64,000 nucleotides of DNA from Shigella phage Sf24: the sequence record MF327008. One strand, written 5' to 3'. This document shows, piece after piece, positions 39,363-50,989 of this stretch. The notes under the pieces are model-generated. The model ran no database searches. It was not told the origin of the DNA and saw only the letters and a list, made by a program, of their open reading frames with translations. Made by a program: the position numbers and the translations under genes. The first letter of the stretch is position 1. The number at the start of each line of letters is the position of its first letter.

Positions 39363-40682
39363 TCACACATAAAACACATCATAACGACCACGTGTTACAC
39401 CAACATAAAGAAGCTGCTGAGCTAGTTCAGCATCTGCATAATGAATACAAGGCGTATAAATGAAAGCACGGTCTACAGACATACCCTGAGCTTTATGGAA
39501 TGTTGATGCAGGAAGTGCTTTCACTTTACTAAACTGTGATTTAGCATCCCAAAAATCACTCCACGGAGCCTTTCCGCCTTTATTCCAATTTTTATAAGTT
39601 TCTGCCGTTTTACCTAAAAACAGGTTAAACTTATATAGCTCTTCATCAGATGAAATTATTTTAATCTTTTCACGATAATATTCATCATCGCCGTAAGTTT
39701 CTACTGTTAAATCCCAATGACGAATTAAGTATTCTCCAGGAACACCACGAGCTTTAACAAACGTTGATGTATACTCTGCTTCTATAATACGAACTAATTG
39801 TCCATTATTAAAAATAATTTCTGATACAGGCTTTCCATCAATTTTATATGTTTTAATTAATGGTTCCTGCATTACAATAATTTCACCAACAATAAAATCT
39901 TTATCAGTTTCAAAAATCTTTTTACGAATAATATTGTTTAACTTGTCAACAGATTTATTCGTAAATGCCATTACGCGATTTTCAAACAAATCATCTAGTG
40001 ATTTGACGATTGAAAAATAATTTACCATAAAATCGCGTAAAGCGGTATCACCAGTAAATCCACGTACTCCATGCCCGTCAACAACTTTATCATAAATCCA
40101 CTTACCATTACGAACATCAGTAGCTACATCAATAATAGGAGCATTACTGCGTTTAACTTCAGTAAGTTCACACTGATAAAAATCTTTGTGTGTAAAGAAT
40201 GGACTGATATAAGCAGTATTTTCTCCTGGGTCAACAGGTCTAATTTGCTTATTATCACCTATTCCAATTATAGTACACCACGGCGGGATAGTTGAAAGCA
40301 GAATTTTAAATAGCTTTCTATCATACATTGACACTTCATCGCAGATTAATACTCTGCATTTAGCTAAATCTGGTACTTCTTTTTGTTCAAAAAGAACGTT
40401 TTCTTCATATGTTACCGGGTTAATTTTAAGAATGCTGTGAATAGTACTCGCTTCTTTCCCTGATAGTTTTGAAAGAATCTTTTTAGCTGCATGTGTAGGA
40501 GCTGCTAAAATAATACCAGTTTCACCCGTAGATATTAAAGCTTCAATGATGAATTTAGTAAGAGTAGTCTTACCGGTACCAGCAGGTCCATTAATAGTTA
40601 CATGATGTTTCTTTTCTTTAATAGCCTTCATAACAATGTTAAAGGCATTTTTCTGGCCTTCGGTCAAATCATCAAATGTCAT
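39363..40682 (-). CDS. dda: Dda DNA helicase (SF1B), 439 aa
   Basis: ORF track; Walker A GPAGTGKT; length identical to T4 Dda. Confidence 0.9.
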   Translation of the reverse strand: MTFDDLTEGQKNAFNIVMKAIKEKKHHVTINGPAGTGKTTLTKFIIEALISTGETGIILAAPTHAAKKILSKLSGKEASTIHSILKINPVTYEENVLFEQKEVPDLAKCRVLICDEVSMYDRKLFKILLSTIPPWCTIIGIGDNKQIRPVDPGENTAYISPFFTHKDFYQCELTEVKRSNAPIIDVATDVRNGKWIYDKVVDGHGVRGFTGDTALRDFMVNYFSIVKSLDDLFENRVMAFTNKSVDKLNNIIRKKIFETDKDFIVGEIIVMQEPLIKTYKIDGKPVSEIIFNNGQLVRIIEAEYTSTFVKARGVPGEYLIRHWDLTVETYGDDEYYREKIKIISSDEELYKFNLFLGKTAETYKNWNKGGKAPWSDFWDAKSQFSKVKALPASTFHKAQGMSVDRAFIYTPCIHYADAELAQQLLYVGVTRGRYDVFYV

Positions 40683-40990
40683 CGGAAAGTCCCTGCAATT
40701 GGAATACTAACAATACGCCCAGTATCTAGAATTCGTTGATATAATCTTTGTGTATCTACATCAGGCTTAACATGTTTAACTTCTATTTTATTAAACCAAA
40801 ACTTGCGTGGAGTCTCAACTAGTCTTGGAATTCCCATACCTAAAGCTAGTTTATATTGGTCTTTGAGAGTAGTAAAAACTCTATCAGCAATCTCTCTTTC
40901 AAAAAACACAGCAGGACGATGTTCATCAAGTGGAACTGGCGCAGTAAATCCATCTTTGTCTCGGTAAACTATCGCATATACATAAACCAT
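40679..40990 (-). CDS. Hypothetical protein, 103 aa
   Basis: ORF track; T4 dda.1 position. Confidence 0.45.
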   Translation of the reverse strand: MVYVYAIVYRDKDGFTAPVPLDEHRPAVFFEREIADRVFTTLKDQYKLALGMGIPRLVETPRKFWFNKIEVKHVKPDVDTQRLYQRILDTGRIVSIPIAGTFR

Positions 40991-40991
40991 A

Positions 40992-41738
40992 TTATCCTCG
41001 GATAAGTTTAAAAATTGAACAATTTAGCGGGTATCCTCTTTTCAGTTTAAGTTTATCAATAAAAGACAAGTTTTGATACCGCTCTACACCTTGAATAATT
41101 TTATCACACATATCATATTGCATTTCTGCTTCTGACAACTTTTTCACAATTTTCCAATCCGAGCCTTTAAGAAGAACGTTCAGTTTAACAACTTCAGCGC
41201 CTTCTGCTATGCGAGAACCATCAATACGAGCTTTAAGTGCTATAATTCTTAGCTTAATGTCAGAGGTCTGTTTTGATTTAGAAAGCTGAGAAATGTGTTC
41301 AATTCGGTTTTCACGTTTTTTCTGTATAGCTTTAATTTGATTATAAGTCTTTTTGATTTTAGCCCATTTCTTTTCATCTAAATTTAGTTTATGAACTTTT
41401 TTCGCAGATGAACGACCAATTCGCAAAGCAAATAAATCACGCTTTTCAATCAACTCTTCTAAAGTGTAATCAGAACGAAATGTATTATACTTTTTCTTTA
41501 CTGCAATAACATTCCCTTTAATGTATCCAACGTTATTATCAAAACGTTCTAATGATAATTTCTCTCCTTCAATACGATTATCAAAAGGTTCTCCCGAGTA
41601 AGCACAAACTTTCTGATCTAAAATGTTCTTAATGTAATTGAAGTCTAAGTTAAAATCTTTAGAACGTCTTTTTGCAGATGCCTGAGTATGCTCTAAACGA
41701 CGTTTAATTTTACGAATTTGGTTATTAGACAGCTTCAT
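40992..41738 (-). CDS. srd: Srd-like protein (sigma-related), 248 aa
   Basis: ORF track; assignment by position between dda and modA and by size only. Confidence 0.5.
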   Translation of the reverse strand: MKLSNNQIRKIKRRLEHTQASAKRRSKDFNLDFNYIKNILDQKVCAYSGEPFDNRIEGEKLSLERFDNNVGYIKGNVIAVKKKYNTFRSDYTLEELIEKRDLFALRIGRSSAKKVHKLNLDEKKWAKIKKTYNQIKAIQKKRENRIEHISQLSKSKQTSDIKLRIIALKARIDGSRIAEGAEVVKLNVLLKGSDWKIVKKLSEAEMQYDMCDKIIQGVERYQNLSFIDKLKLKRGYPLNCSIFKLIRG

Positions 41739-41861
41739 ATTTTTCTCACATCTTACGGACGGTTAACTACTTATACTATAACATTTTTACTTTAACTTGT
41801 AAACAACTTTATGTAAAAATGCTTTAAAAATTTCATGGTATAATGAATCTAAGTCCTTCCG

Positions 41862-42464
41862 TTATAGATTAAATCCTTCAAAATCAAGAGTATAGATAGT
41901 GTATGTTGAATACTTTTTGTACTCATATCTATCTGCAATTCTAAATACACTTCCAGCCGGTATCATTACTTCTTGTTCATCTGAAACTAATTCCATATTA
42001 CGATAACGATGGCTATCCGGAAACTTAAAGTTTGGATTGTATTCTTTACAGCGTAGAGCTTTTATAGCATACTCCTGGAAATTGAATACCATAGGAGCTT
42101 TGAATTCAAAAATAACCTGTGTGTTATACTCTAAACCGGAAGCAAAATGTAGAGCTATATTTTTATCATATGAAGCTGATACGACTTTATCAAATGTAAT
42201 AATATCAATTCCTTGATTTAATACTTGCTTAGTCTCAGCTGGAACACCTCTCCAAAGAGGTTTATCGTTTGGAACCAAACGAGATTTGATTATTTCATTT
42301 AACCAAGTATGGTCATCTGGCTTATTAGTAATACAATGAATTAAAAGTTCAATTTCAGATAAATTAAACCCTTCAGAAAGCAATTCTTCACGAATAGAAG
42401 CACGCACCGATGCATCCATTGATTTTATTTTAAAATCTTTTAGTTGCATTACTGAGTATTTCAT
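41862..42464 (-). CDS. modA: ADP-ribosyltransferase ModA, 200 aa
   Basis: ORF track; size/position as T4 ModA; R...S...E-x-E style ART residues. Confidence 0.75.
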   Translation of the reverse strand: MKYSVMQLKDFKIKSMDASVRASIREELLSEGFNLSEIELLIHCITNKPDDHTWLNEIIKSRLVPNDKPLWRGVPAETKQVLNQGIDIITFDKVVSASYDKNIALHFASGLEYNTQVIFEFKAPMVFNFQEYAIKALRCKEYNPNFKFPDSHRYRNMELVSDEQEVMIPAGSVFRIADRYEYKKYSTYTIYTLDFEGFNL

Positions 42465-43084
42465 TCAACTACCTCAATATCATAAACTTTAAATGTTCCA
42501 AATGAATCGTGTAATTTTTCTTTTGAAATAGAAGTTATTTTATACTTTCCAATTGGAATCATCCATTCTTGTTCATGCACAATCATCATTAAGTTATCAG
42601 TACGCTCTGAATCTAATCCATCAGTATCTTCATATGTATACTTAAACTCAGTATTAGGAGAAGAAAGTATAATATCGCTGATATGGTCAGAATAATTAAA
42701 AGCTTTATCAGTTTTTAAACGAAGTATTGTTTCAGTGAAATATTCAGCATAAGAAAAAGAACACGCTGTATGCAAACTAGTAGTAAATGAATCTACTCTG
42801 TTCGTTGAAAACACTTCTCCAACTTGTAAATCTTTAATAAGTTCTTTTGTCGATTTTGATATACCACGATATAATTGATAAGGCGATTTAGTTAAATGCT
42901 TTTTAATGATTTTATTCAACTGTCTGTGAAGAGCTTCATTCTTTTTGGCTTCCATACATTGCCAAAGAACAGACTGCTCAAAGTCAGTAAATTTTTCACA
43001 GACTTTTTTATACATATCATATTGAAAATCAACGCTTTCAGCTTTTATAGATAACTGTTCAACATCTGCAGGATTAATAATCAT
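42461..43084 (-). CDS. modB: ADP-ribosyltransferase ModB, 207 aa
   Basis: ORF track; paralogous to ModA; size as T4 ModB. Confidence 0.75.
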   Translation of the reverse strand: MIINPADVEQLSIKAESVDFQYDMYKKVCEKFTDFEQSVLWQCMEAKKNEALHRQLNKIIKKHLTKSPYQLYRGISKSTKELIKDLQVGEVFSTNRVDSFTTSLHTACSFSYAEYFTETILRLKTDKAFNYSDHISDIILSSPNTEFKYTYEDTDGLDSERTDNLMMIVHEQEWMIPIGKYKITSISKEKLHDSFGTFKVYDIEVVE

Positions 43085-43094
43085 GATAGCCTCC

Positions 43095-43150
43095 GTATAC
43101 TTCAGAAGCTATCATATCATCGTTAGAAAGGAAAGTAAACAACTTTTTGA
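43095..43150 (-). promoter_or_regulatory. T4-type early promoter upstream of modB
   Basis: Minus strand TTTACT - 17 bp - TATGAT then GGAGG RBS. Confidence 0.55.
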
Positions 43151-43151
43151 A

Positions 43152-43334
43152 TTATTTTGCCCAGGGAGCCCAAGGCGGAGGGTCAAGATGGTATGAAGCT
43201 AGTTCTTCTAGAAGAGCATCTGGGGCTTCAATTCCATAATTCTGTAATACTATACGGTACTCTTTCTTATAATCACTAGAATCATTCTGGTTATTCGTAG
43301 AATGATTATCTTCTAACATCTCAAATAAATCCAT
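43152..43334 (-). CDS. Hypothetical protein, 60 aa
   Basis: ORF track. Confidence 0.4.
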   Translation of the reverse strand: MDLFEMLEDNHSTNNQNDSSDYKKEYRIVLQNYGIEAPDALLEELASYHLDPPPWAPWAK

Positions 43335-43342
43335 ATTAATTC

Positions 43343-43813
43343 CTAGCGATAAAAACCAAAGTGACGATTAGCTTCAACAATCTTTCTTTCTTCTTCGGAC
43401 ATTCTCCAGCGTAGTCCAACATCAAAATGAGCCCAGACCATCTTAACAAATGCGTTTATATCTTTAATATCTTCAATAATGAATGTTTTACTTTTAGAAG
43501 GTTGACTCGCTAATTTAACTTTATCGTCTTCAAACATGTCAAAAAGACCATATTCATGAGCTCTTTTATAGCCTTTAATAGTTAAAGCTTCAGAAGAAGA
43601 AAATGGTGAATCTGTATTCTGCAAAATATCTTCAGTATGCTTTATAATTAGAATAACATTTTCTGGATATTTTCTTTCTTTTATATCTTTAATTAAAATA
43701 TCCGGATTTTCTGCTAAAGGAATAATTAACGAGCATTTTTTATCAAGTGTATTTACTGATTTACCTTCTTTAGACATAAATTCTATTGAATATAATTTTG
43801 CTACTTCAATCAT
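43343..43813 (-). CDS. Hypothetical protein, 156 aa
   Basis: ORF track. Confidence 0.45.
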   Translation of the reverse strand: MIEVAKLYSIEFMSKEGKSVNTLDKKCSLIIPLAENPDILIKDIKERKYPENVILIIKHTEDILQNTDSPFSSSEALTIKGYKRAHEYGLFDMFEDDKVKLASQPSKSKTFIIEDIKDINAFVKMVWAHFDVGLRWRMSEEERKIVEANRHFGFYR

Positions 43814-43966
43814 GTGATTTCCTTTTGCCTACTAATGGACCGTCAGGAATTTTGTTTTCCTGAATGTATTTCTCATTTTCTTCCATCATTTTACTACCGA
43901 TTTTAAGAAGCAAATCTAAGGCTTCATTTGCTTTAGCTTTAGCCTCTTCTAACGTCATGTTCTTGT

Positions 43967-44170
43967 TCATGATTTATCCCCATAGATATCTCTCATCAAT
44001 TTAAGTGCTGAGCGTTCTAATTTCTTTTCTTTCTCAGCACTAATCATTGATTTCATCCATTCTTCCGATTCGTTCTGCATTTCTTTATTTGCCTGTTCAA
44101 CCCAACCATCGTCAATATACATTGAGTTTGGTCTATTGAACCATTCAAACATTTTCTTCAGAACTTTCAT
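43967..44170 (-). CDS. Hypothetical protein, 67 aa
   Basis: ORF track. Confidence 0.4.
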   Translation of the reverse strand: MKVLKKMFEWFNRPNSMYIDDGWVEQANKEMQNESEEWMKSMISAEKEKKLERSALKLMRDIYGDKS

Positions 44171-44663
44171 TTATTTTACCTAAAACAACAGTAGGAGCAT
44201 CATCAAATTCATGAATTTTTAGCAAATTTGGATGTAAACTATTCCATACAGAAGAAATAAAGTATGATAAAGCATCTTCACTCACAATTATAAATTTATT
44301 TCCTTTATCTATTTTCCAGCTATATACTGAATCATACGAATAGAAAGATAGAGGATTATCATTATATTGTTCTGCGCTAACATTAATGTATTCGGATTTA
44401 GTAAATGCTTCAATTGCTCTAAATGGAATATTTGGTACAGTTTCAATAATTCCGATCTTTTTAAGTTTTATTTCAGCATCTTCTGGAACTGGCATTGAAA
44501 CAAAATTTTCTACGAGATACATTGGGTCACAATAACCCTTATCAATCATTACTGCTACGGTAATTGGAACGTCTTTAGCAAACGACATACTATTACTGCT
44601 AATATACATTTCAAACAAAATCGCTTCCATAATTTTCCTCAATCGCAAGATGTAGATGAACAA
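44145..44663 (-). CDS. Hypothetical protein, 172 aa
   Basis: ORF track. Confidence 0.45.
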   Translation of the reverse strand: MFIYILRLRKIMEAILFEMYISSNSMSFAKDVPITVAVMIDKGYCDPMYLVENFVSMPVPEDAEIKLKKIGIIETVPNIPFRAIEAFTKSEYINVSAEQYNDNPLSFYSYDSVYSWKIDKGNKFIIVSEDALSYFISSVWNSLHPNLLKIHEFDDAPTVVLGKINESSEENV

Positions 44664-45133
44664 CCAGAATCACAAGAACTTCCACATGAATCACCAGTCC
44701 AAGAACTAACAGCCGTGACTGTTATAATAGGAGCGGTATCGATATAGCTTTCTGAACGTCTTGAATCTAAATGTTCTTTTAACTTTTTAGAATTCAATGG
44801 AAGCGCACCTGCACCAACATTACCAGCTTTTTCTGGTTGACGAATAATTTCTTCCATCGTATCGTCGCTCGCATAAACATTAGTATCATATGAATCAGAA
44901 CTAGACTGTGTATTAGATGATGTAGTAGGTGTTGACCAGCGCCAAGGATTTTTATAATATTCTTGGGCTTCTTCATAAGTCATAGTAACTGCTTCTACTG
45001 TTCCATCTCCCATATAAACATACTCAACTACAGTTAAAGGAAGGTAGTCATTTGAAATAGGAACTACACCTTCCCCAGGAGTCGTAGAGAAAAAATCTGT
45101 AAAGAAACTTTTAAACCAATTAAAGATAAACAT
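44639..45133 (-). CDS. Hypothetical protein, 164 aa, hydrophobic N-terminus and Cys/Ser-rich C-terminus
   Basis: ORF track. Confidence 0.45.
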   Translation of the reverse strand: MFIFNWFKSFFTDFFSTTPGEGVVPISNDYLPLTVVEYVYMGDGTVEAVTMTYEEAQEYYKNPWRWSTPTTSSNTQSSSDSYDTNVYASDDTMEEIIRQPEKAGNVGAGALPLNSKKLKEHLDSRRSESYIDTAPIITVTAVSSWTGDSCGSSCDSGCSSTSCD

Positions 45134-45339
45134 TACAAAAAGCCTCTCTTAAATTCGACTTGCTTCTCGCCATAATCATATCGAATCTCTGCATTAAATT
45201 CGACAGAACCATCTGCGTACATCATAAATGAATGCACAACAACTTCTGTAGACCATGGCTGTAGTTCATATTTCTTCATTACATGCCGTGAAATGATAAT
45301 ATCTAAATCTTCATTTGGTTTAATCCAGCGATTTAACAT
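45133..45339 (-). CDS. Hypothetical protein, 68 aa
   Basis: ORF track. Confidence 0.4.
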   Translation of the reverse strand: MLNRWIKPNEDLDIIISRHVMKKYELQPWSTEVVVHSFMMYADGSVEFNAEIRYDYGEKQVEFKRGFL

Positions 45340-45360
45340 AGTGCTCTCCTCTATAAGATA

Positions 45361-45400
45361 ATTCTATTATACCATACTCATTTTGGAAAGTAAACCATTT
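45361..45400 (-). promoter_or_regulatory. T4-type early promoter
   Basis: Minus strand TTTACT - 17 bp - TATAAT. Confidence 0.55.
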
Positions 45401-45403
45401 AAA

Positions 45404-45431
45404 TGAAAAAAGGACTCCCGAAGGAGTCCTT
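45404..45431 (-). terminator. Rho-independent terminator downstream of soc
   Basis: Hairpin AGGACTCC-TTCG-GGAGTCCT on the minus strand followed by TTTTTTCATTT. Confidence 0.6.
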
Positions 45432-45435
45432 GAAT

Positions 45436-45681
45436 TTATTCACCAGTTACTTTCCACAAATCTTCATTTGCAGCAATCCATTCAGTACGTTGATTTTCTT
45501 CATATACTGTAGAATATGCTGCTTTTTCTGAAGGGAATGTCTGATAATGAGCACCAGAAATTTTGTGAACGTCAGAATAAAGAGGGAAAGCTACAGAAAT
45601 TTCCTTTCCTTCAATTTTCTTATTTCCATCTAATTTCTGCTCAAATGTTTTGATATTAACATAACCGCGAGTACTAGCCAT
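45436..45681 (-). CDS. soc: Small outer capsid protein Soc, 81 aa
   Basis: ORF track; MASTRGYVNIKTFEQKLDGNKKIEGKEISVAF... as recalled for T4 Soc. Confidence 0.85.
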   Translation of the reverse strand: MASTRGYVNIKTFEQKLDGNKKIEGKEISVAFPLYSDVHKISGAHYQTFPSEKAAYSTVYEENQRTEWIAANEDLWKVTGE

Positions 45682-45697
45682 GTAATTCTCCTTTTAT

Positions 45698-45907
45698 TTA
45701 AATTACATGATTATTTATAATAAATTCTCGCGGAACGTTAAAATACCCAATTTTAGTTAATATAACAATATCGCCGTTAATAATTACCGGAGAATAATCT
45801 TCTGGAGCATTAAATTTCCAATGGGCTCTAATATTATATCCATCAGAACCAAATGCTCGAGTAGCCGGTCTCCCGGCTTTTTGCCACGCGTAGAAATCAA
45901 ATTTCAT
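45698..45907 (-). CDS. Hypothetical protein, 69 aa
   Basis: ORF track; T4 soc.x position. Confidence 0.4.
   Translation of the reverse strand: MKFDFYAWQKAGRPATRAFGSDGYNIRAHWKFNAPEDYSPVIINGDIVILTKIGYFNVPREFIINNHVI
45712..45719 (-). promoter_or_regulatory. Late promoter core TATAAATA for soc
   Basis: Exact TATAAATA on the minus strand ~30 nt upstream of the soc ATG. Confidence 0.55.
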
Positions 45908-46104
45908 TTTGAATGCTCTATAATTAATTTTAAGGCTTCTTCGCTGACAAAAATTTCATCAAGACCTTCTTCTATAACCCAATCAACCATACGAAGTTGA
46001 TTAGTTAAGAGCTCACATACGAGCTCCTTGTTATAATCTTTAAATAGCTGGTCAATACGTTTCTTATGGGCTTTCTTAAGCTGACGCTTATTTAAACGAG
46101 CCAT
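45904..46104 (-). CDS. Hypothetical protein, 66 aa
   Basis: ORF track. Confidence 0.4.
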   Translation of the reverse strand: MARLNKRQLKKAHKKRIDQLFKDYNKELVCELLTNQLRMVDWVIEEGLDEIFVSEEALKLIIEHSK

Positions 46105-46622
46105 TAATAACCTCGGTCTTGACGAGCGAAGTTTTCAGCATTTTTCAGGTAATAAAGTTTAAAGATTTCTTCAGCTGACATTCCAAGAGCAATAAATTTA
46201 TTCATGAAAAAGTGAAATTGGTCAATCAGTTCAAATTTAATTTCAAGCTGATCTTCGGGAGATAAATCTTGAATTTTCTTGGATTGCATTTCAGAATAAC
46301 GTTTCTTCCAAGGTTTCCATACAGCAGAAGCTTCTTTTTCACCATTACTCATACCACCAAGAGAAGTATATAGTTCGCGAGTTTCATCTGCGATATAATC
46401 GTCTTGGTTTCGCAACCAAGCAAGAACTTCTCCTGCGGTTTCAAGTGAATCAGGATGACGATTTGTTTCTGGTTTATCATTAGCCAAACGAATCTGTAAA
46501 TGCCGCTGCATGTCAAGCATAACCTGCAATGGGTCAATACTGTGCATAATATACTCAGCATATGCACGATTTGCTTTATCAACACCTTCGATCAAATGAG
46601 CACATTCATTAAAGTGAGCCAT
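46104..46622 (-). CDS. 56: dCTP pyrophosphatase gp56 (MazG-like), ~172 aa
   Basis: ORF track ORF 46104..46637; start taken at MAHFNECAHLIEG as in T4 gp56. Confidence 0.85.
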   Translation of the reverse strand: MAHFNECAHLIEGVDKANRAYAEYIMHSIDPLQVMLDMQRHLQIRLANDKPETNRHPDSLETAGEVLAWLRNQDDYIADETRELYTSLGGMSNGEKEASAVWKPWKKRYSEMQSKKIQDLSPEDQLEIKFELIDQFHFFMNKFIALGMSAEEIFKLYYLKNAENFARQDRGY

Positions 46623-46682
46623 TATTTTTCCTTTCAATTCATTAATAAGTTAAATAATTATATCATTTGAGTATGTAAGCAA

Positions 46683-48022
<1,340 letters not shown>

Positions 48023-48039
48023 TATATCATCCTCAGCAA

Positions 48040-48085
48040 TTTGTTTTATAATACCATAACAAGCTGAGAAAGTAAACAAATTTAT
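48040..48085 (-). promoter_or_regulatory. T4-type early promoter driving the nuclease-like ORF and dam
   Basis: Minus strand TTTACT - 17 bp - TATTAT. Confidence 0.55.
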
Positions 48086-48115
48086 GATAAATATTAATTT
48101 AAAGGAGGACGACGC

Positions 48116-48316
48116 ATGGTACAAAAATTAATGGCAATTGTTAATGCCATCAAAGGTAATAAAAAACGTATAGCTTTTACTATTTCTGCTATGGTAGGAA
48201 TTTTACTCTGGAACTTTATTTTATCACCTGTTGCAATTGCACATGGTATTAATATTCCAGTAGTTACTCTTGATACATTCGTAGATTTAGCATTTGCTTT
48301 AGTTGGGTTAATTTAA
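48116..48316 (+). CDS. Small two-TM membrane protein, 66 aa, on opposite strand to all neighbours
   Basis: ORF track; strong RBS AGGAGG 7 nt upstream of the ATG; hydrophobic; 3' end overlaps the gene 61 stop. Confidence 0.35.
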   Translation: MVQKLMAIVNAIKGNKKRIAFTISAMVGILLWNFILSPVAIAHGINIPVVTLDTFVDLAFALVGLI

Positions 48317-49341
48317 ATCTTAGCATATTTAGATAACCTCATTTTAGCCATCAACCCCTGGGCAATATTATTTTTCATATATTCCATAATTTGTTCAGGG
48401 GTTGCACCTTCCTTTCTAATCATATCATTAACATCTTTTGATTTCCAGGGAGATTTATCCCAAAACATAACTCTTTCTCCTGCATCAACTAATTTAGTCA
48501 TTCGTTTGATAGTGTCAGGGTGACGAGGTTCATTATCTAAAACCCACACTCGTCTATCTTTAAATGGAACAACTTCTAGGTCTAATTGACCACCCGTAAT
48601 AGCTATACCATTTTCAATAAAAAGTGAATCTATAGGTCCTTCTAGAACATATACATCACCATCTTTAACTCGTTCAACACCGTAAATTTTTGTTGCCTCA
48701 GGATAAGCTTTGATGGTGATATACTTTTGTGGAGCATCTTTCTTTAATGCACGTCCTTGAAAAGACTCAGCTTTTCCGTTAGCATTATAAATTGGAATAA
48801 CAAGACGAGGCTCAGAAATTTCCTTTTTGTATGTTCCCGGTGCTATGCTATTAACTAATTTAGGCCATTCGGTTGTAAACCAAAGATATTTCCATTTATC
48901 CTTTGGAATACAACGAGCTTTTACATATTTTATAATTGGATGGTCTTCCGCCAGTTTATCTAATCTAACGCATGACGGAAGAGATTTAATTATTTTCTTC
49001 TCAGGCTGTTTAGGAAGTTCTTTAGGTTTTTCTACTGGACGACTTTTACCTTTTTCTTTTCTTATTTCAAAGATATACTCACGATATAAATCAGGTTCAA
49101 ACTCCTTTAAATATATTCCGATTGGTGCATGATAGTTACAGTTATAACAATGAATATTTCCTTCATTATTATCACCATAATACCATCCACGGGCTTTATT
49201 TTGGTCGGTTTTTGAATCTCCACAAACAGGGCATCTAAACCGCAACTTAAAGGTTGAACTATTATTTACTTGTGTAAATTTAGGTAAATGAGCTAATGCA
49301 CGGTATGCAAACTCATTATCAATCCAAGGTATTGATGACAT
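48313..49341 (-). CDS. 61: DNA primase gp61, 342 aa
   Basis: ORF track; zinc ribbon CPVCGD...CYNC; length as T4 gp61. Confidence 0.9.
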   Translation of the reverse strand: MSSIPWIDNEFAYRALAHLPKFTQVNNSSTFKLRFRCPVCGDSKTDQNKARGWYYGDNNEGNIHCYNCNYHAPIGIYLKEFEPDLYREYIFEIRKEKGKSRPVEKPKELPKQPEKKIIKSLPSCVRLDKLAEDHPIIKYVKARCIPKDKWKYLWFTTEWPKLVNSIAPGTYKKEISEPRLVIPIYNANGKAESFQGRALKKDAPQKYITIKAYPEATKIYGVERVKDGDVYVLEGPIDSLFIENGIAITGGQLDLEVVPFKDRRVWVLDNEPRHPDTIKRMTKLVDAGERVMFWDKSPWKSKDVNDMIRKEGATPEQIMEYMKNNIAQGLMAKMRLSKYAKI

Positions 49342-49343
49342 TT

Positions 49344-49508
49344 TTACTCTTCTTTTTCTTTAGATTCCTCTTTCTTCTTTTTAGGAATCTGTTCAGGACC
49401 TTTATTTACTACAGCACCTGACGTTGTTCCAGTAGAGATATTTTCAGGATTACCACCTGAATCTCCAGCGACCATATCTTCTTTAATAAATTCTTTATAT
49501 GTTTTCAT
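49344..49508 (-). CDS. Small lysine-rich hypothetical protein, 54 aa
   Basis: Hand-translated MKTYKEFIKEDMVAGDSGG...; below ORF-track cut-off. Confidence 0.3.
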   Translation of the reverse strand: MKTYKEFIKEDMVAGDSGGNPENISTGTTSGAVVNKGPEQIPKKKKEESKEKEE

Positions 49509-49509
49509 A

Positions 49510-50136
49510 TTAACCTCTATTCATAAAAGCATTAAAAATTTGGTCATCAATAGAAACATTTACTTTAGACTGTTTTTCTGATGGTAATTCATATCCACAT
49601 ATCACAATTTTATGATCAATATCAAAATACACAGAAGCAATATGATTAATGATATTTTCAGTGAAGTCTAAATCGACATCAATATCTTTTTGACCAAAGC
49701 CCAAAGGATAAATAATGCGAGTAATTCGATTATCTTTAACAAAGATTCCACCGACATACTCTGTACTGCGTTTAAAGTCTACACGCCGACGAAATGAAAA
49801 ATATTCAGGCTCTTTATGAGCTCGGCTCATAGGACACAACGAATAACTAGAATAAGAGATGTCAAATCCTACGCCTTCAATATGAGCCAAAGTGTCATGA
49901 TTAAACCAATTATAATCGTACGCCAAATCCATTAGATTATAATATGTAAAAGGCACCGGATTAACATCATTAGTCACAAGCATGTAATTAGCAACTGCTA
50001 TAATTTCATTGTTTTTAACGAATACAAACCGTGATTGATGCGAATGACCTGGACCCGCGTTTTCACGATTAATGATATAACACTGGGCACCTTTATATTT
50101 GTATGTATCTTTGCACTTGTGCATTTGATAGAGCAT
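49510..50136 (-). CDS. Hypothetical protein, 208 aa
   Basis: ORF track; T4 61.x position. Confidence 0.45.
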   Translation of the reverse strand: MLYQMHKCKDTYKYKGAQCYIINRENAGPGHSHQSRFVFVKNNEIIAVANYMLVTNDVNPVPFTYYNLMDLAYDYNWFNHDTLAHIEGVGFDISYSSYSLCPMSRAHKEPEYFSFRRRVDFKRSTEYVGGIFVKDNRITRIIYPLGFGQKDIDVDLDFTENIINHIASVYFDIDHKIVICGYELPSEKQSKVNVSIDDQIFNAFMNRG

Positions 50137-50429
50137 TATTCACCTACCACTTCAGCGATGATATTTTTGTTATTAAAGTTTTTATCGCAATACAGAACAT
50201 AATTATACTGCATTACACCACCAGACTTAAGCTGTTTTTGCACTTCAGCTTTCATTTCAGGACGATCGCGCTCAACAATATTCATAATATCCGCTTCAAT
50301 TTGAGTTTCAACCTCAGTCTGATCAGCAGTCATAGACCATTCGCACAAATCTTTATCATAACCTGCCATAGCAGGCTGAGCAGCACAAGAAGCTAAAGCA
50401 AAAATTGTAGCAAAGATAAATTTTTTCAT
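50136..50429 (-). CDS. sp: Periplasmic protein with signal peptide, 97 aa (Spackle-like by size and position)
   Basis: ORF track; MKKFIFATIFALASCAAQPAMA signal sequence; T4 Sp/61.3 is a 97-aa periplasmic protein. Confidence 0.5.
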   Translation of the reverse strand: MKKFIFATIFALASCAAQPAMAGYDKDLCEWSMTADQTEVETQIEADIMNIVERDRPEMKAEVQKQLKSGGVMQYNYVLYCDKNFNNKNIIAEVVGE

Positions 50430-50441
50430 GATAATCTCCTC

Positions 50442-50495
50442 AGTAGTTTATGTTTATATAGTATCTCAATTTCCAACAAAAGTAAACAGTTATTT
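50442..50495 (-). promoter_or_regulatory. T4-type early promoter
   Basis: Minus strand TTTACT - 17 bp - TACTAT. Confidence 0.55.
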
Positions 50496-50789
50496 TAAAA
50501 CTTCTGTGTAATCACATGTTACAAACTGTTTCTCTAGCTTGACGATTTTACGAAAGTATCTTTTACATTGACGAATCTGTCGCTTAGTAGGGCGCACAGC
50601 AAACTTAATAAATTCCACTCGACCAAATGGAGGGCTTTCTTCTGATGGAATATCTAACACCAATTCCCACGTATCTGCAATAAGTGCTTTGAATTGAGTA
50701 TTTTTCCTAACGTTATACGGAGTAGGTTTAAATAAAACAATATGCATATTATCCTCGGCAATCCACTTCACATACTTTCTTGTCATCAA
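50490..50789 (-). CDS. Hypothetical protein, 99 aa
   Basis: ORF track. Confidence 0.4.
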   Translation of the reverse strand: MMTRKYVKWIAEDNMHIVLFKPTPYNVRKNTQFKALIADTWELVLDIPSEESPPFGRVEFIKFAVRPTKRQIRQCKRYFRKIVKLEKQFVTCDYTEVLK

Positions 50790-50931
50790 TGAAAGCTTTA
50801 ACTAATGCTTTATTAACTTCAGCATACTGAGTAGTAGCCCATTGAACGTCATCTTTCATCATTGTGGTTTCTTTAGTAAACATGCTTTCATTCTTAAACC
50901 ACCCCATAAAAACTACCTTTACCAATTCCAT
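50749..50931 (-). CDS. dmd: Dmd antitoxin-like protein, 60 aa
   Basis: ORF track; 60 aa, MELVKVVFMGWFKNESMFTKE..., adjacent to gene 41 as T4 dmd (61.5). Confidence 0.65.
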   Translation of the reverse strand: MELVKVVFMGWFKNESMFTKETTMMKDDVQWATTQYAEVNKALVKAFIDDKKVCEVDCRG

Positions 50932-50989
50932 AACAATCTCCTCATTTAACCAACAAGATTACTATACCATAGTCTTGTCAGCTTGTAAA

